From the IMG/VR virus record IMGVR_UViG_3300034102_003688, positions 1 through 26,909 of that record: a DNA stretch of 26,909 nt; one strand, written 5' to 3'. Source of the stretch: a virus (lineage: Duplodnaviria > Caudoviricetes). Positions 13,751 to 22,669 of the stretch are shown one piece after another. The position numbers were made by a program, and so were the translations under genes. Under the pieces are notes generated by a model, which did no database searches, was not told the DNA's origin, and was given only the letters and a program-made list of their open reading frames with translations. The first letter of the stretch is position 1. Each line of letters starts with the position of its first letter.

Positions 13751-14919
13751 GTGTTGAAGACTAAGAGGTCATGGACCACCGTTCCGATGTTGTACGAAGA
13801 AGTGCCTGCGTTGAGGTAGTAGACGGTCACCGTGTCAGCCGTGAAGCAATCCGCGGCGATTTGAATGTTCGGCCGATTTGCGCTCTGTGGAACGATAATT
13901 GTCGCCCCGGGCAACGCCCCGGTAACAGTGGATGCCACGTTATAAAGGACGCCCGGGTTCAGCAGCCCCCCGTTAGGCGTCTGCGTGACGGTCGACTTGA
14001 GCACGCTTTTTAACGGAACACCCGACGCGCCGATCTTCAGCGGCACGTTGACCTGGAGCGGAGAAGTGTCGCTGCGCATCGCGCAGTTCCAAACAGGGCG
14101 CGCAGCACCGGCTGCTGTAGTAGAATAAAACCAAAACTGACCGTCCGCTTGAGCTTGTAGGTAAGGCGTCGTTCCTGATTGATCCGTGAACAGAATAGCG
14201 TTGGTGTTATTCAACAGCCGCACATCCCCAGCCACGGTGAGCTTGTGCGTGGTGGAGGGCGTCCCGATTCCCACGTTATTCCCGCCTGCTGATCCTGTAA
14301 GGAAAAGCATTGGCGCGTTGACGTTGCTTCCGTTTGTTGCGCCCAGCGCCACGCCGTAATTCAGCCCCGCCGGGTTGAACTCGATAAACCCTTGGGGCGT
14401 TGCGTCGGTGAACTGCTGCAAGCGCGTGGTGGTGGTTTCCCAGTTTGTCCCCGTGGAGTTCCGCACCTGTAAAAGGCGGAGCGTCGAGTTGTTCCCGTTG
14501 CTCCACTCTGCGCGGAAAATCTCAGCGGTGGAAAAGGCTGGAGAAGCGACCACACCGCCGCCGACGTGAAGCTTGGCCTGCGGCAAGCCCGTTCCGATCC
14601 CGCAATTGTTGTTAACGTCCCACGCGATGAGGTTGGTCCCGACGGTCTCCGCGTCGTTGAGCCGCGAAAACTCGACCTTGCCGCCAAGCTCGACATAGCC
14701 GCGCACTATCTTTTTATCGGTCGGCGCGCCCGTGTTGGTGAGCTGCAAATACGGGTAAACGCCGTCCGTGATCCGCAGCGAACTGAAATTCGTATCCGAC
14801 GCCACCACGCTCCCCGGCGAAAGCGCCACCGTGGGCTGCCCCAGTTGGTTGAGCTGCGCCTTGCTGATAGGCCCGGAGACGCTCGAAAGATTGATGCCTG
14901 GTGTGACTGTGAGAATCAT
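13747..14919 (-). CDS. Tail fibre protein
   Basis: Repeated NxGIGTxxPxxKLxVxG fibre motifs (NNCGIGTGLPQAKLHVGG, NNVGIGTPSTTHKLTVAG); Thr/Asn/Gly-rich; follows the tail tube gene. Confidence 0.8.
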   Translation of the reverse strand: MILTVTPGINLSSVSGPISKAQLNQLGQPTVALSPGSVVASDTNFSSLRITDGVYPYLQLTNTGAPTDKKIVRGYVELGGKVEFSRLNDAETVGTNLIAWDVNNNCGIGTGLPQAKLHVGGGVVASPAFSTAEIFRAEWSNGNNSTLRLLQVRNSTGTNWETTTTRLQQFTDATPQGFIEFNPAGLNYGVALGATNGSNVNAPMLFLTGSAGGNNVGIGTPSTTHKLTVAGDVRLLNNTNAILFTDQSGTTPYLQAQADGQFWFYSTTAAGAARPVWNCAMRSDTSPLQVNVPLKIGASGVPLKSVLKSTVTQTPNGGLLNPGVLYNVASTVTGALPGATIIVPQSANRPNIQIAADCFTADTVTVYYLNAGTSSYNIGTVVHDLLVFNT

Positions 14920-16634
14920 GCGAGTGGTTTCAGGGTGCGCTGCGGGTTGGTGGCCTCCACCGTGGTGGCCGTCACCGCGCAGACGCCTTGCGTGTTGCTG
15001 ATCCGCATCGACACGGACCGCGCCGTGGCCGACACCGCCCGTTTCTCAAGGAGCGTTTGCCGGGCGTCGAAATCCACCCCGGGCGGGTCGAGCAGAATCG
15101 GCACGGCCAGATCCACGGAGTAATCCTCCCGGCGCGGCGTGGCGTGATCGAGCGCGGCGTTGCTCGGGTTCCAGTCGGGCACCCCGTGCGTGTAGTAGCG
15201 GGTCCGGCTTTTGGTGATGGCCGGGCCCGTGCTCGTCGTCTCGTTGTAACCGTCCGTGAGCAGATCCACCGTCACACTCGGCGCCCATGTCTCCAGGTTG
15301 AAACTGATCCGGCGCAACACCTTCGGCTGATGATCCTTGAACGTGTAACCCCGGGTCTCGATCTGGTCCGCCACGGGATACTCCACCCCGTTCCATTGAT
15401 CCGTCACCCCGTCGTAAAGCAGGAACGCCCCGGACTGCGCATTGTCCGACCCCCCGGCCGGTCCGTGATACATCCCGTAAAGCCGTTTCTCCCCGCCCCA
15501 ATCCGAGATCAGCAGGTTATCGAAGAACAACCCGGCGTCCGTGGCCGACTGCGGCACGGGCCCTTTGTGGATGCCCTGCCAGGCGTCCGTCACGGTGTCG
15601 TACACTAGGAGCGCATTGGGCCGGGTCGCCGTGTCGAGCGGCACCGCAAGGTAGTAGTAGCGCCCCAACACCGCCCCCGTGCACAGGCCCCGGGCGTTCT
15701 CGTTGATCCGCCGGATCAACGGGGTGATGGGGTCGGACACCGGAGTGGCCCCCGTTTGCAACCGGCCCTGGATGATCTGTTGCACCCGATACACCCCGTC
15801 CGACGCCAGAAAGAAAACGTCCCCGCCCACCATCGCCACCGAACGCCGGGCCGCGCACCCGATCTCCGCGTTGATCTGGTCCAGCCGCACCTCGGAGAGG
15901 TCGCCGTAAATGTTGGAAATGAGATGCGTGCTCTGGTCCTTGAACACCAAGAGCGAATTGTTCGTGAACGGGAACACGCGCACAATCGCGTCGTCGCTCC
16001 CGGAGTTCACGTTGAAATCATTGAGCGCCGCGTCGTAAGCCGTGTAGTCGAGCAGGTCGGAAACGGCGATTTGGTCCCGGCTGTAGGGGATGAAAAGCCG
16101 GTTCGCCATGAGCTCCGCCGTCGTCGCGCCCGGGATCGGGCTGAGCCCGGCGCCCGGGTCCACCTGAGATGCCTGCACAAACGTCGTGTTGATGTCGCCA
16201 TCCCACACCCAAGGCACCTTGCCCGGACCCCGGAACAGGAGCACCTGGTTGAACGCCTGCACCACCTCGATGGGGTCGGCGGTCGAGAGTCCCGTGTAAG
16301 CGATGCTGAACCCCGAGCTGTTTTCCCGGGTGAAATACGCCCGGTCGCTGGCCGCGTGAACGATGTATTCCACGCCGTCCGGGTCGGAGTAAACCCCCGA
16401 GCCGCGAATGAACGTGTTGGCCGGGAGCGCCGCCGTTTCGATCCGGTGACTCACCGGCATCCGGAACCCGGGCCGTGTGTCGGCTGCGCCCGTGGCGAAC
16501 ACCTTGTTTGTCGCCCCCGCGCACCAGCCCGGTTCCAGCAATTCCCTGCGGAGCTTTGTGTTCACGCCGAGGAACACAGAATCGCCGTCCACGCGGCTCT
16601 CGGCATCGTTCTGTGTGGCTCGTTCGTAACGCAC
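14916..16634 (-). CDS. Tail tubular / nozzle (head stabilization) protein, P22 gp10 / T7 gp12-like
   Basis: About 572 aa from GTG 16634; beta-propeller-like motifs (NRLFI, LLVFKDQS, IGCAARRSV...DVFFLASDGVY, PVSDPI, YYLAVP..LLVYD); position downstream of portal. Confidence 0.75.
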   Translation of the reverse strand: MRYERATQNDAESRVDGDSVFLGVNTKLRRELLEPGWCAGATNKVFATGAADTRPGFRMPVSHRIETAALPANTFIRGSGVYSDPDGVEYIVHAASDRAYFTRENSSGFSIAYTGLSTADPIEVVQAFNQVLLFRGPGKVPWVWDGDINTTFVQASQVDPGAGLSPIPGATTAELMANRLFIPYSRDQIAVSDLLDYTAYDAALNDFNVNSGSDDAIVRVFPFTNNSLLVFKDQSTHLISNIYGDLSEVRLDQINAEIGCAARRSVAMVGGDVFFLASDGVYRVQQIIQGRLQTGATPVSDPITPLIRRINENARGLCTGAVLGRYYYLAVPLDTATRPNALLVYDTVTDAWQGIHKGPVPQSATDAGLFFDNLLISDWGGEKRLYGMYHGPAGGSDNAQSGAFLLYDGVTDQWNGVEYPVADQIETRGYTFKDHQPKVLRRISFNLETWAPSVTVDLLTDGYNETTSTGPAITKSRTRYYTHGVPDWNPSNAALDHATPRREDYSVDLAVPILLDPPGVDFDARQTLLEKRAVSATARSVSMRISNTQGVCAVTATTVEATNPQRTLKPLA

Positions 16635-16641
16635 GGGAAAG

Positions 16642-16705
16642 ACAGTGAAAGCGGGGCGGCACCGCTGGCAAAGCTGCGGTGCGGAAACCACGGAAAAGCG
16701 GGAAA
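16642..16705 (-). promoter_or_regulatory. Putative late promoter with upstream conserved box
   Basis: TTTCCCGCTTTTCCGT-N18-TTGCCA-N18-CACTGT-N7-GTG; same architecture upstream of the scaffold gene. Confidence 0.5.
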
Positions 16706-16715
16706 TGAAGGCTCG

Positions 16716-18833
16716 TCAGGCGGTCGGCTCCATGAGCGGCTCCGCCCCGGTGCGTCCCGTGTTGGCGTTGGTCTGCTGCTGGATCATGAACTGGAGATGT
16801 TTCACCCGGTTCTCGAACAGCGCCTTGCGATCCGCCCGCATTTCCAGGCTCTGCGCGGCTTCCGGGTTCTGCTGGACGATGCCCAAGAGGGTCTGCAACC
16901 GGAGCTGATAGTTCTGGCCCGAGGCCCGCATGGGCGGTTCCACGCCGCTGGTGATGAGCGCGAAGTTCTTCTGCTCGTCCTCGGTCTCGTTGGCGGCCAC
17001 CGCCTGGGGATCGCCCACGAGCTGCTGCGCAAGCAGCGGATCGAACGAACCCATCGCCCAGTTGACCGCCCCGGCCCGGTCCACCTGCCCGGTTTGATCC
17101 ATGCCCATGACCCCCTGGAGAAACTCCAGCTTTTGCTTGAGCAATTCCCGGTCGAGGTTGGCCACGTCGAACGCGATCCGGATATCGAACTGCCCTTGGA
17201 TCTCGTCCCGGCTCACGGTGAACGGCACCCGTTGCCCGCCCGTGATGCGTTCCACGGTGGTTTCCGGCAGATACTGCTGGGCAAGCTGCACGGTCTGGGT
17301 CGCCATCTCCTGCACCTCGCTCAGGAACTTGTTCACCAAGCGGGTTTGCAAAAGCTGCGAGAGCACCGGGTTCACCGTCTGGGTGTTCCGTCCGAAATAC
17401 CGGTCGAGCCGTTCCTGGCTGCTGCGTTCCACCTCCACCGACGCCCCGAGGTTGCCCGGCGGAGGGGCCATCCAGCGCAGTTCCCCCGAGCGGCGTTCGG
17501 TGTGTTGCACCCCGGGCCCGAACTCCAGCCGGGTTTTGCCCCGGTTGGGAGGGACGATCACGGGCGGGATGGTGGCGATGCTGGTGTAGTCCGTCCGCGC
17601 ATCGCTCTGGGCTTTGATGCTGTCCTGGAGGGATTTCCCCAGCTCCGGCACGCTCCGGCTTTCGCTCATGGAGCGGCCCACGTATTCGCGCACCCCGGCC
17701 ACGAACGGGAACCGGCCGTGTTTGTAGGGGAGCAACTCATGTTTGGCCGCCAGCTTGGGCACATGCGGCGAGATGACCGTGCAATAAATCGCGGGCACAC
17801 CCGTGTCGGTGTCCGTGCCCCGGCGGTAAACGTGAAAGATTTGGATGAGATCCTCCACATCCTCAAGGAACGGGCTGGTGGACCCCCGGCGGGCCCGGGT
17901 CCAGTCGGTGGCGGTCTGGAGGATGTTGCCCTCCCAATCTTTGCCCTTGGTTTTGAGCGCGGCGTCGATGAACTCCTCGTCGTAATCGTCCGTGGTGGCG
18001 CGGTCGGCCAGTTCGGTGGCGGTCACCCATTCGATCTTCGCGATCCAGCGGGCCGCCTGCATGCTCTTGGTGGCCACGGGAAAGAACACGTCCACAAACG
18101 GGCGGAGCGCCTCCCAGCACGGGAGCGAGGAAAGCATTGTCTCGCGGGGCACCAGGCTGCGGCCGGTCTCGCGCAGTTCGTTGAGGATCACCCGGGCCTG
18201 TTTCTTCGAGATGCTCTCGGAATATCCCCGGATGAACGCCAGCATTTCCTCCTCGGCCAGCGGGTCTTGGAGTTTCTCCACGAGCAGGGCGAGGCTGGTG
18301 AGTTTCTCGGGATCTTCCTGGGCGTCCGCATAGGTCTTCTCCAGGTCGATCTCCTCGTTCTCCAGTTGGCGGCGTTGCTCCCACCACACGCCCATCACGG
18401 CCATGCCGTATTGCTGGCGGTAATTGGCATAGAGCTCCAGCTCGCGTTCCAGGTCGCTCCGGAGATGGACCTTGAACAGCCATGTGAGGATATGGTTCAC
18501 GAGCTGGGACGCGCCCATGCTATCGCCCCGGCTGGAAGTGACCTGCACCATGGAACGCGAGAACGCCTCCAGCATGAGGGCGACCTGTTCGTTAATCACC
18601 TCGTCCACGGCGCGCACCCTCTGATCGCTCGCGCCGTTCCACGGCATGGGGTCCACCCCGAGGCGATCCTTCCATTTCCTCCCATCGTCGCTCTGCCCGG
18701 ACCATAGGCACATCCGGGTCCGCCAGTCGGCCTCCTGCTGATTGGTCAACCCGCTGGAGTTGGTGAGGCAATCCTGGAGTTCCTTCAAAATGTCGGACAC
18801 TGCGGGATCGGCGGAGGTCAGGAAATCGTTCAT
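16716..18833 (-). CDS. Portal (head-tail connector) protein, podovirus type
   Basis: About 705 aa from ATG 18833 (MNDFLTS); PMPWNGASD, YGMAVMGVWW, LLPYKHGRFPFV and IQGQFDIRI motifs typical of P22-like portals. Confidence 0.8.
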   Translation of the reverse strand: MNDFLTSADPAVSDILKELQDCLTNSSGLTNQQEADWRTRMCLWSGQSDDGRKWKDRLGVDPMPWNGASDQRVRAVDEVINEQVALMLEAFSRSMVQVTSSRGDSMGASQLVNHILTWLFKVHLRSDLERELELYANYRQQYGMAVMGVWWEQRRQLENEEIDLEKTYADAQEDPEKLTSLALLVEKLQDPLAEEEMLAFIRGYSESISKKQARVILNELRETGRSLVPRETMLSSLPCWEALRPFVDVFFPVATKSMQAARWIAKIEWVTATELADRATTDDYDEEFIDAALKTKGKDWEGNILQTATDWTRARRGSTSPFLEDVEDLIQIFHVYRRGTDTDTGVPAIYCTVISPHVPKLAAKHELLPYKHGRFPFVAGVREYVGRSMSESRSVPELGKSLQDSIKAQSDARTDYTSIATIPPVIVPPNRGKTRLEFGPGVQHTERRSGELRWMAPPPGNLGASVEVERSSQERLDRYFGRNTQTVNPVLSQLLQTRLVNKFLSEVQEMATQTVQLAQQYLPETTVERITGGQRVPFTVSRDEIQGQFDIRIAFDVANLDRELLKQKLEFLQGVMGMDQTGQVDRAGAVNWAMGSFDPLLAQQLVGDPQAVAANETEDEQKNFALITSGVEPPMRASGQNYQLRLQTLLGIVQQNPEAAQSLEMRADRKALFENRVKHLQFMIQQQTNANTGRTGAEPLMEPTA

Positions 18834-18861
18834 GCGACGGGGATCGTGTGCTGATTGTTGC

Positions 18862-19362
18862 TCAGAGCGTAGGAATGCGAATGAATGAGCCGCAGAAGGA
18901 GAGACTGCGGAATTTCTCGTAACAGCCGTCGCCCTCGCGGGAGCCTGCGGCGTTGGTGTTTCCCTCGATGGTTGCCACGATGCCGCGCCCAGCGATACCG
19001 GAGACAACGCCGATGTGCGAGAGGCGCGGGAGGAACACCACGATGTCACCGCGCTCTGGTGTGTAGGTCGTCGAACTGCTGGGAAACACGATGCACCCGG
19101 CCTTCCTCGCCCACGGGAGCCAGTCGCGAACGGCGGCAAACCGGGGCGGGACCCGCAAACGGATCTCGGCGCTTTGGCGGTCGGCCTCCTGGACGCAGTA
19201 ACTTGCGAACGCAGAACACCACGGTTCGCGGTTTTTGCCGCCGTCGGGGTAGGTGGTGGCAGCCCAGAATTGATCGATCCCCTCGAAACGGTTGGGCGTG
19301 GTCTCCCGAAGCCCGATGTGTTTCGCTGCGATGTCGGCGATGAGAGAACGCGGGTTGCTCAT
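18862..19362 (-). CDS. CHAP-domain endolysin
   Basis: EPWCSAFAS (catalytic Cys), PERGDIVVF, SHIGVV (His), TIEGNT. Confidence 0.88.
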   Translation of the reverse strand: MSNPRSLIADIAAKHIGLRETTPNRFEGIDQFWAATTYPDGGKNREPWCSAFASYCVQEADRQSAEIRLRVPPRFAAVRDWLPWARKAGCIVFPSSSTTYTPERGDIVVFLPRLSHIGVVSGIAGRGIVATIEGNTNAAGSREGDGCYEKFRSLSFCGSFIRIPTL

Positions 19363-19364
19363 TA

Positions 19365-19829
19365 TCAGGTGAAAATGAGTTTCTTGGTGTCGTCCCGGTC
19401 CCAAGCGGATTTCCCCCCGGCCCGAACGGCGGCATACACGAGGGCGGTTTTCCACGCGGGTGCGCCGATGGCGAGCATCAGCTCGCGCAGGGTCTCGTCG
19501 CATTGTTGCCGGGTGAGCGTGAGCCCGTTGGGGATCTTGCCCCAAACGGCGTACAGGTAATCGTGCGCAAACGCCGGGTAGAGAATATCGGGGTCCGAGC
19601 TGGCCAACACGGCCCACACGGCCCGGGGCACGCTGGCGCCGTCGGTCATGAACCCCGCCGGAATCACAAACCCGGCGGCTGCCACGGTGTAAACGGGGAG
19701 ATCCTGCTGGAACTCGCTCCACCACTTGAGAGAGAGCCCACGGTCGAGGATCTCCCGGCGTGCGAGTTGCCGGGTGAACGCGCTTCCCGAGAACCGGGTT
19801 ATCCGCCGCAAAGGTTGCATGGTTTGCAT
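19365..19829 (-). CDS. DUF1353 domain protein
   Basis: FVIPAGFMTDGASVPR...AFAHDYLY...RQQCD...YAAVRAGG; start is 19829 or 19820. Confidence 0.85.
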   Translation of the reverse strand: MQTMQPLRRITRFSGSAFTRQLARREILDRGLSLKWWSEFQQDLPVYTVAAAGFVIPAGFMTDGASVPRAVWAVLASSDPDILYPAFAHDYLYAVWGKIPNGLTLTRQQCDETLRELMLAIGAPAWKTALVYAAVRAGGKSAWDRDDTKKLIFT

Positions 19830-20011
19830 TCGTTGGATGGACCGAGTCGGCCCCGGCAGTTTTTGAAATAACGGCACTCTTTGTTGTGTCGGATCCCGCT
19901 GCTGGAAATCCAATGGGTGCCGGTGAGCTCGCGGTAACATTGCCGACCGGCCCGGGCGCCGGGGATTGCGAGGGCCGCAGCCACGAGCCACGGCACCAGC
20001 CACCGGTTCAT
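19799..20011 (-). CDS. Small exported Cys/His-rich protein (putative Zn-binding)
   Basis: Signal-peptide-like N-terminus (WLVPWLVAAALAIPGARA) followed by HW..SSGIRHNKECRY...CxxCxxCGG; ATGA-coupled to the upstream gene. Confidence 0.7.
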   Translation of the reverse strand: MNRWLVPWLVAAALAIPGARAGRQCYRELTGTHWISSSGIRHNKECRYFKNCRGRLGPSNECKPCNLCGG

Positions 20012-20277
20012 CCCAGCTTTTGGAGCACCTTCTCCATGACGTGTTTGGTTTCCGACACCACATCGGCCATGCGCTCGGCCAGCTCCCGGTATTGGGAAGC
20101 GTGCAGATCCTGCTTGGCCTCCAGCGCCGAGATGCGTTCATCGCGCCGGGTGCCGATCTCCAAGCGTTCCTTGTCGCGTTTCTCGTCCCGTTTCCAGAGG
20201 GCCAGCACCGCCACGGCCAAGAGCACCGTGGGGCCCGCTTCCGGGAGGAGCGTGAGGAGATCCGGGTCGGCGGACAT
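20008..20277 (-). CDS. Putative holin / single-TM coiled-coil membrane protein
   Basis: Hydrophobic GPTVLLAVAVLALW followed by a charged coiled coil; upstream of the endolysin; TAATG coupling. Confidence 0.6.
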   Translation of the reverse strand: MSADPDLLTLLPEAGPTVLLAVAVLALWKRDEKRDKERLEIGTRRDERISALEAKQDLHASQYRELAERMADVVSETKHVMEKVLQKLG

Positions 20278-20489
20278 TAGAGGCTGATGGGTTGACCGAC
20301 GATGTGCGAACCCACGAGGCACACGTCTTCGTTTTCCCATGTGTCTGCCCCGCGCGCGGCGGCGGCTTCGTAAAGCGCCGACTCGGCCACGGTGAACGGG
20401 ACCACAACCGGGTTGTCTTGGACCAGGAGCATACACTGGCAGGTGACGGTTCCGGCGGGATACGAAATGGCGATGGAGATGAGTTTCAT
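20277..20489 (-). CDS. Hypothetical protein
   Basis: 70 aa (MKLISIAIS...); fills the gap exactly between neighbours and has a coupled stop/start. Confidence 0.65.
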   Translation of the reverse strand: MKLISIAISYPAGTVTCQCMLLVQDNPVVVPFTVAESALYEAAAARGADTWENEDVCLVGSHIVGQPISL

Positions 20490-20497
20490 AATGAATG

Positions 20498-22657
20498 TTA
20501 GGGAGCGGTGTAGCCTTGGAAGTTCGCACGCACGGTTCCGGCTGCGGAAAGGTTGGCGTTGAGAGCGGTGGCGGCCGTGACCGGGATGTGAATGGGCCAT
20601 TCAAGGTCCAGCGGCACGTTGACCGGCAAAGGCAACCTCCACCGTTCGGTGGCCCCGTCGAGAATGATGAGATCCACCGTGGCGGCTCCGGTATTGATGA
20701 CCTGCCCGGCGACAAGGTGGCGTTTGAGCCCAGCGCCCGCAGCCGCCGCGATGGGCGCGGCCGTGGTGGTCGTGAGCGCGAGCGATGCGTCGAACGTCGC
20801 TTCTGCCAATGCGTAAGGCTTCACGACTCCCGCGCCGATCATCGTGCCCATCCAGCCCACGCTGTCACCAGCGGCCGACATGGCGGCGATGTTCGCGTTG
20901 GATGCCCGCAGACCGGCTGTGACGGGGTTACCGATCGCGGCGTCCACCGCCACGGTGCCCGCTGCGGCGACGGTGCCGCTGGTCAGAGCGCCGCCTTGGA
21001 GCACGACGGGCACGGCGTTCGCAATGTCTCCCGTGGGGCGCGTCATCATCTCCACTCGCTCGCGTTCAAAGTCGAACACGCGCAGAAGCGAAACGCGGTA
21101 GTCCGTGCGCTTGATCACACCGCCGCCGCAGTTGGTGGTGGCCAGCGTGGAAGGCACCGGGACGTTCTCGATGGATTCGAGCAACAGGTTGGTGGTGGCC
21201 ACTTCGCGCACTTTCCATGCGCCGTCAATGCCGAGGCTGGCTCCGGTGGCTATGTCGCGCACGCCCACAAGCTCCACGAAATCGCCGTTGAGCAAGCCGG
21301 CCCACGCCACACTCCCCACAAGCGTGAGCACGCCGGATGCAATGGTGGCGGATTGTACGGCCATGGTCAGCGCGCCGAGCGCCGACATCAGGTTGCCGCC
21401 TTGGACCTTGGCCACGTATCCCCCGTAACTGGTCACGGTGGAGGCCGTGCCAATCACGATTGTGAACGTGTTGGACGTGGGCACTGTGGCAACCGCCGTG
21501 GCCGTCACAAGGTTCGGGAAGCTCGCTGCCGCCTGATCGCGGATGCCGTAAACGACCACAACGTCGCCGGCCACAAGACCGTGGTCGGTCGCCGTGGTAA
21601 TGGTGGCCGTGGTCGTCCCGCTTTTTACTGCCGAAACAATCTGCGCGCTCGGGACCGTGAGCGACTTGTTGTTGGCCGCTCGGATCCGGAACTTGTAGGG
21701 CTTCGAGTTGTTCGGCACCACTTGGGTGCGGTTCACGAACGCGGTCAAAGCGGCGGTGGAGTCTACCGGAGTCGAAGCCCACTGGACGCGGTCGGCCATG
21801 AGGGTGAGCCGATATTCGTTGGTCGGCTGGAAAGCGTAGGTTCCGGGCGTGTTGATCGCCTGGACACTGGCCGTGGTGAGGATCGTCGCCGAGTGGTTGC
21901 CCGCTGCGGTGCCGCTGGGCAGCGAGTCGCCTGCGTCACTGCGAATGTAGGCGCTGGCGTTGGTCGCCGTGGCGTTCTCGAAAATGAGGCTGGTTCCGTC
22001 CTTCGCGTATCCCAGCGCGGGGCGGAAATACACCAAGCCTTTTGCGCCCGCCGGGTTGGCGATTGTTTGCGAAGGGATCGTCCCGCCGGGGCCAGCCGTG
22101 GCGGTGAAACTGGTGGGCGTCGGAATCGTGGCGACAACAAGCGCGGGATAATTGGCGAGCGGGTTTGAGCAGCCCGTGATTCCGATGCGTTTCCCGGGAA
22201 CAAGTCCGTGCGGAGTTGTGGTGACAACGGTGAGCGTGGTGGTCGCCTGCGAAATGCTGGAGATTTCAATGTCGGGTTGTGCGGGCAACGCGTCGAGCGA
22301 CACGATCTCCACCGCGAACTCCTGCCCGAGCGTCCGCTGCGACATATGCGCGCCGATCGACACCTCGAGCGGCATCGCAAACCGTTCCAGGTTTTCAATG
22401 ACCGTCTCGGTCCCCGCAAAAAGCGGGCTTTTGGAAATGGTCAGGTGGCTGCACGCCAGCGCGTTTCCTTCGGCTCGGGCGATGTCGCCGTTTCCGAGGA
22501 CTTGGATCCAGGGCGAGTCGGGCGTGTTCGGGGCCCACGTCTCGAAGCTTTCCCGGTACCGCGTGGTGACGTTGGACGTGGCCACGGCCCCGTTGTCGCC
22601 GAGTTTGATGGGAAGGGCTTTGCCCTCGGAGGTGTGACCGTAACAGAGGCTTTTCAT
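20498..22657 (-). CDS. Virion structural protein with FCCH-like beta repeats (fibre or appendage)
   Basis: 719 aa, Thr/Ala-rich; repeats TLTVVTTTPHGLVPGKRIGITG, TATITTATDHGLVAGDVVVVYG, VLTLVGSVAWAGLLNGDFVELVG. Confidence 0.7.
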   Translation of the reverse strand: MKSLCYGHTSEGKALPIKLGDNGAVATSNVTTRYRESFETWAPNTPDSPWIQVLGNGDIARAEGNALACSHLTISKSPLFAGTETVIENLERFAMPLEVSIGAHMSQRTLGQEFAVEIVSLDALPAQPDIEISSISQATTTLTVVTTTPHGLVPGKRIGITGCSNPLANYPALVVATIPTPTSFTATAGPGGTIPSQTIANPAGAKGLVYFRPALGYAKDGTSLIFENATATNASAYIRSDAGDSLPSGTAAGNHSATILTTASVQAINTPGTYAFQPTNEYRLTLMADRVQWASTPVDSTAALTAFVNRTQVVPNNSKPYKFRIRAANNKSLTVPSAQIVSAVKSGTTTATITTATDHGLVAGDVVVVYGIRDQAAASFPNLVTATAVATVPTSNTFTIVIGTASTVTSYGGYVAKVQGGNLMSALGALTMAVQSATIASGVLTLVGSVAWAGLLNGDFVELVGVRDIATGASLGIDGAWKVREVATTNLLLESIENVPVPSTLATTNCGGGVIKRTDYRVSLLRVFDFERERVEMMTRPTGDIANAVPVVLQGGALTSGTVAAAGTVAVDAAIGNPVTAGLRASNANIAAMSAAGDSVGWMGTMIGAGVVKPYALAEATFDASLALTTTTAAPIAAAAGAGLKRHLVAGQVINTGAATVDLIILDGATERWRLPLPVNVPLDLEWPIHIPVTAATALNANLSAAGTVRANFQGYTAP

Positions 22658-22669
22658 AAAATGGGTGGC

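Noticed and set aside
13747-14919. Diversity-generating retroelement targeting the tail fibre
   Set aside because: No reverse transcriptase and no TR/VR repeat pair were seen in the window
15756-18707. 983-aa + strand ORF (likewise 5541-7301, 8496-9689, 12259-13530, 20495-22168, 22208-24016, 23745-26690, and - strand 3038-4330)
   Set aside because: Antisense shadows of well-supported genes, expected from high-GC codon bias; no domain motifs
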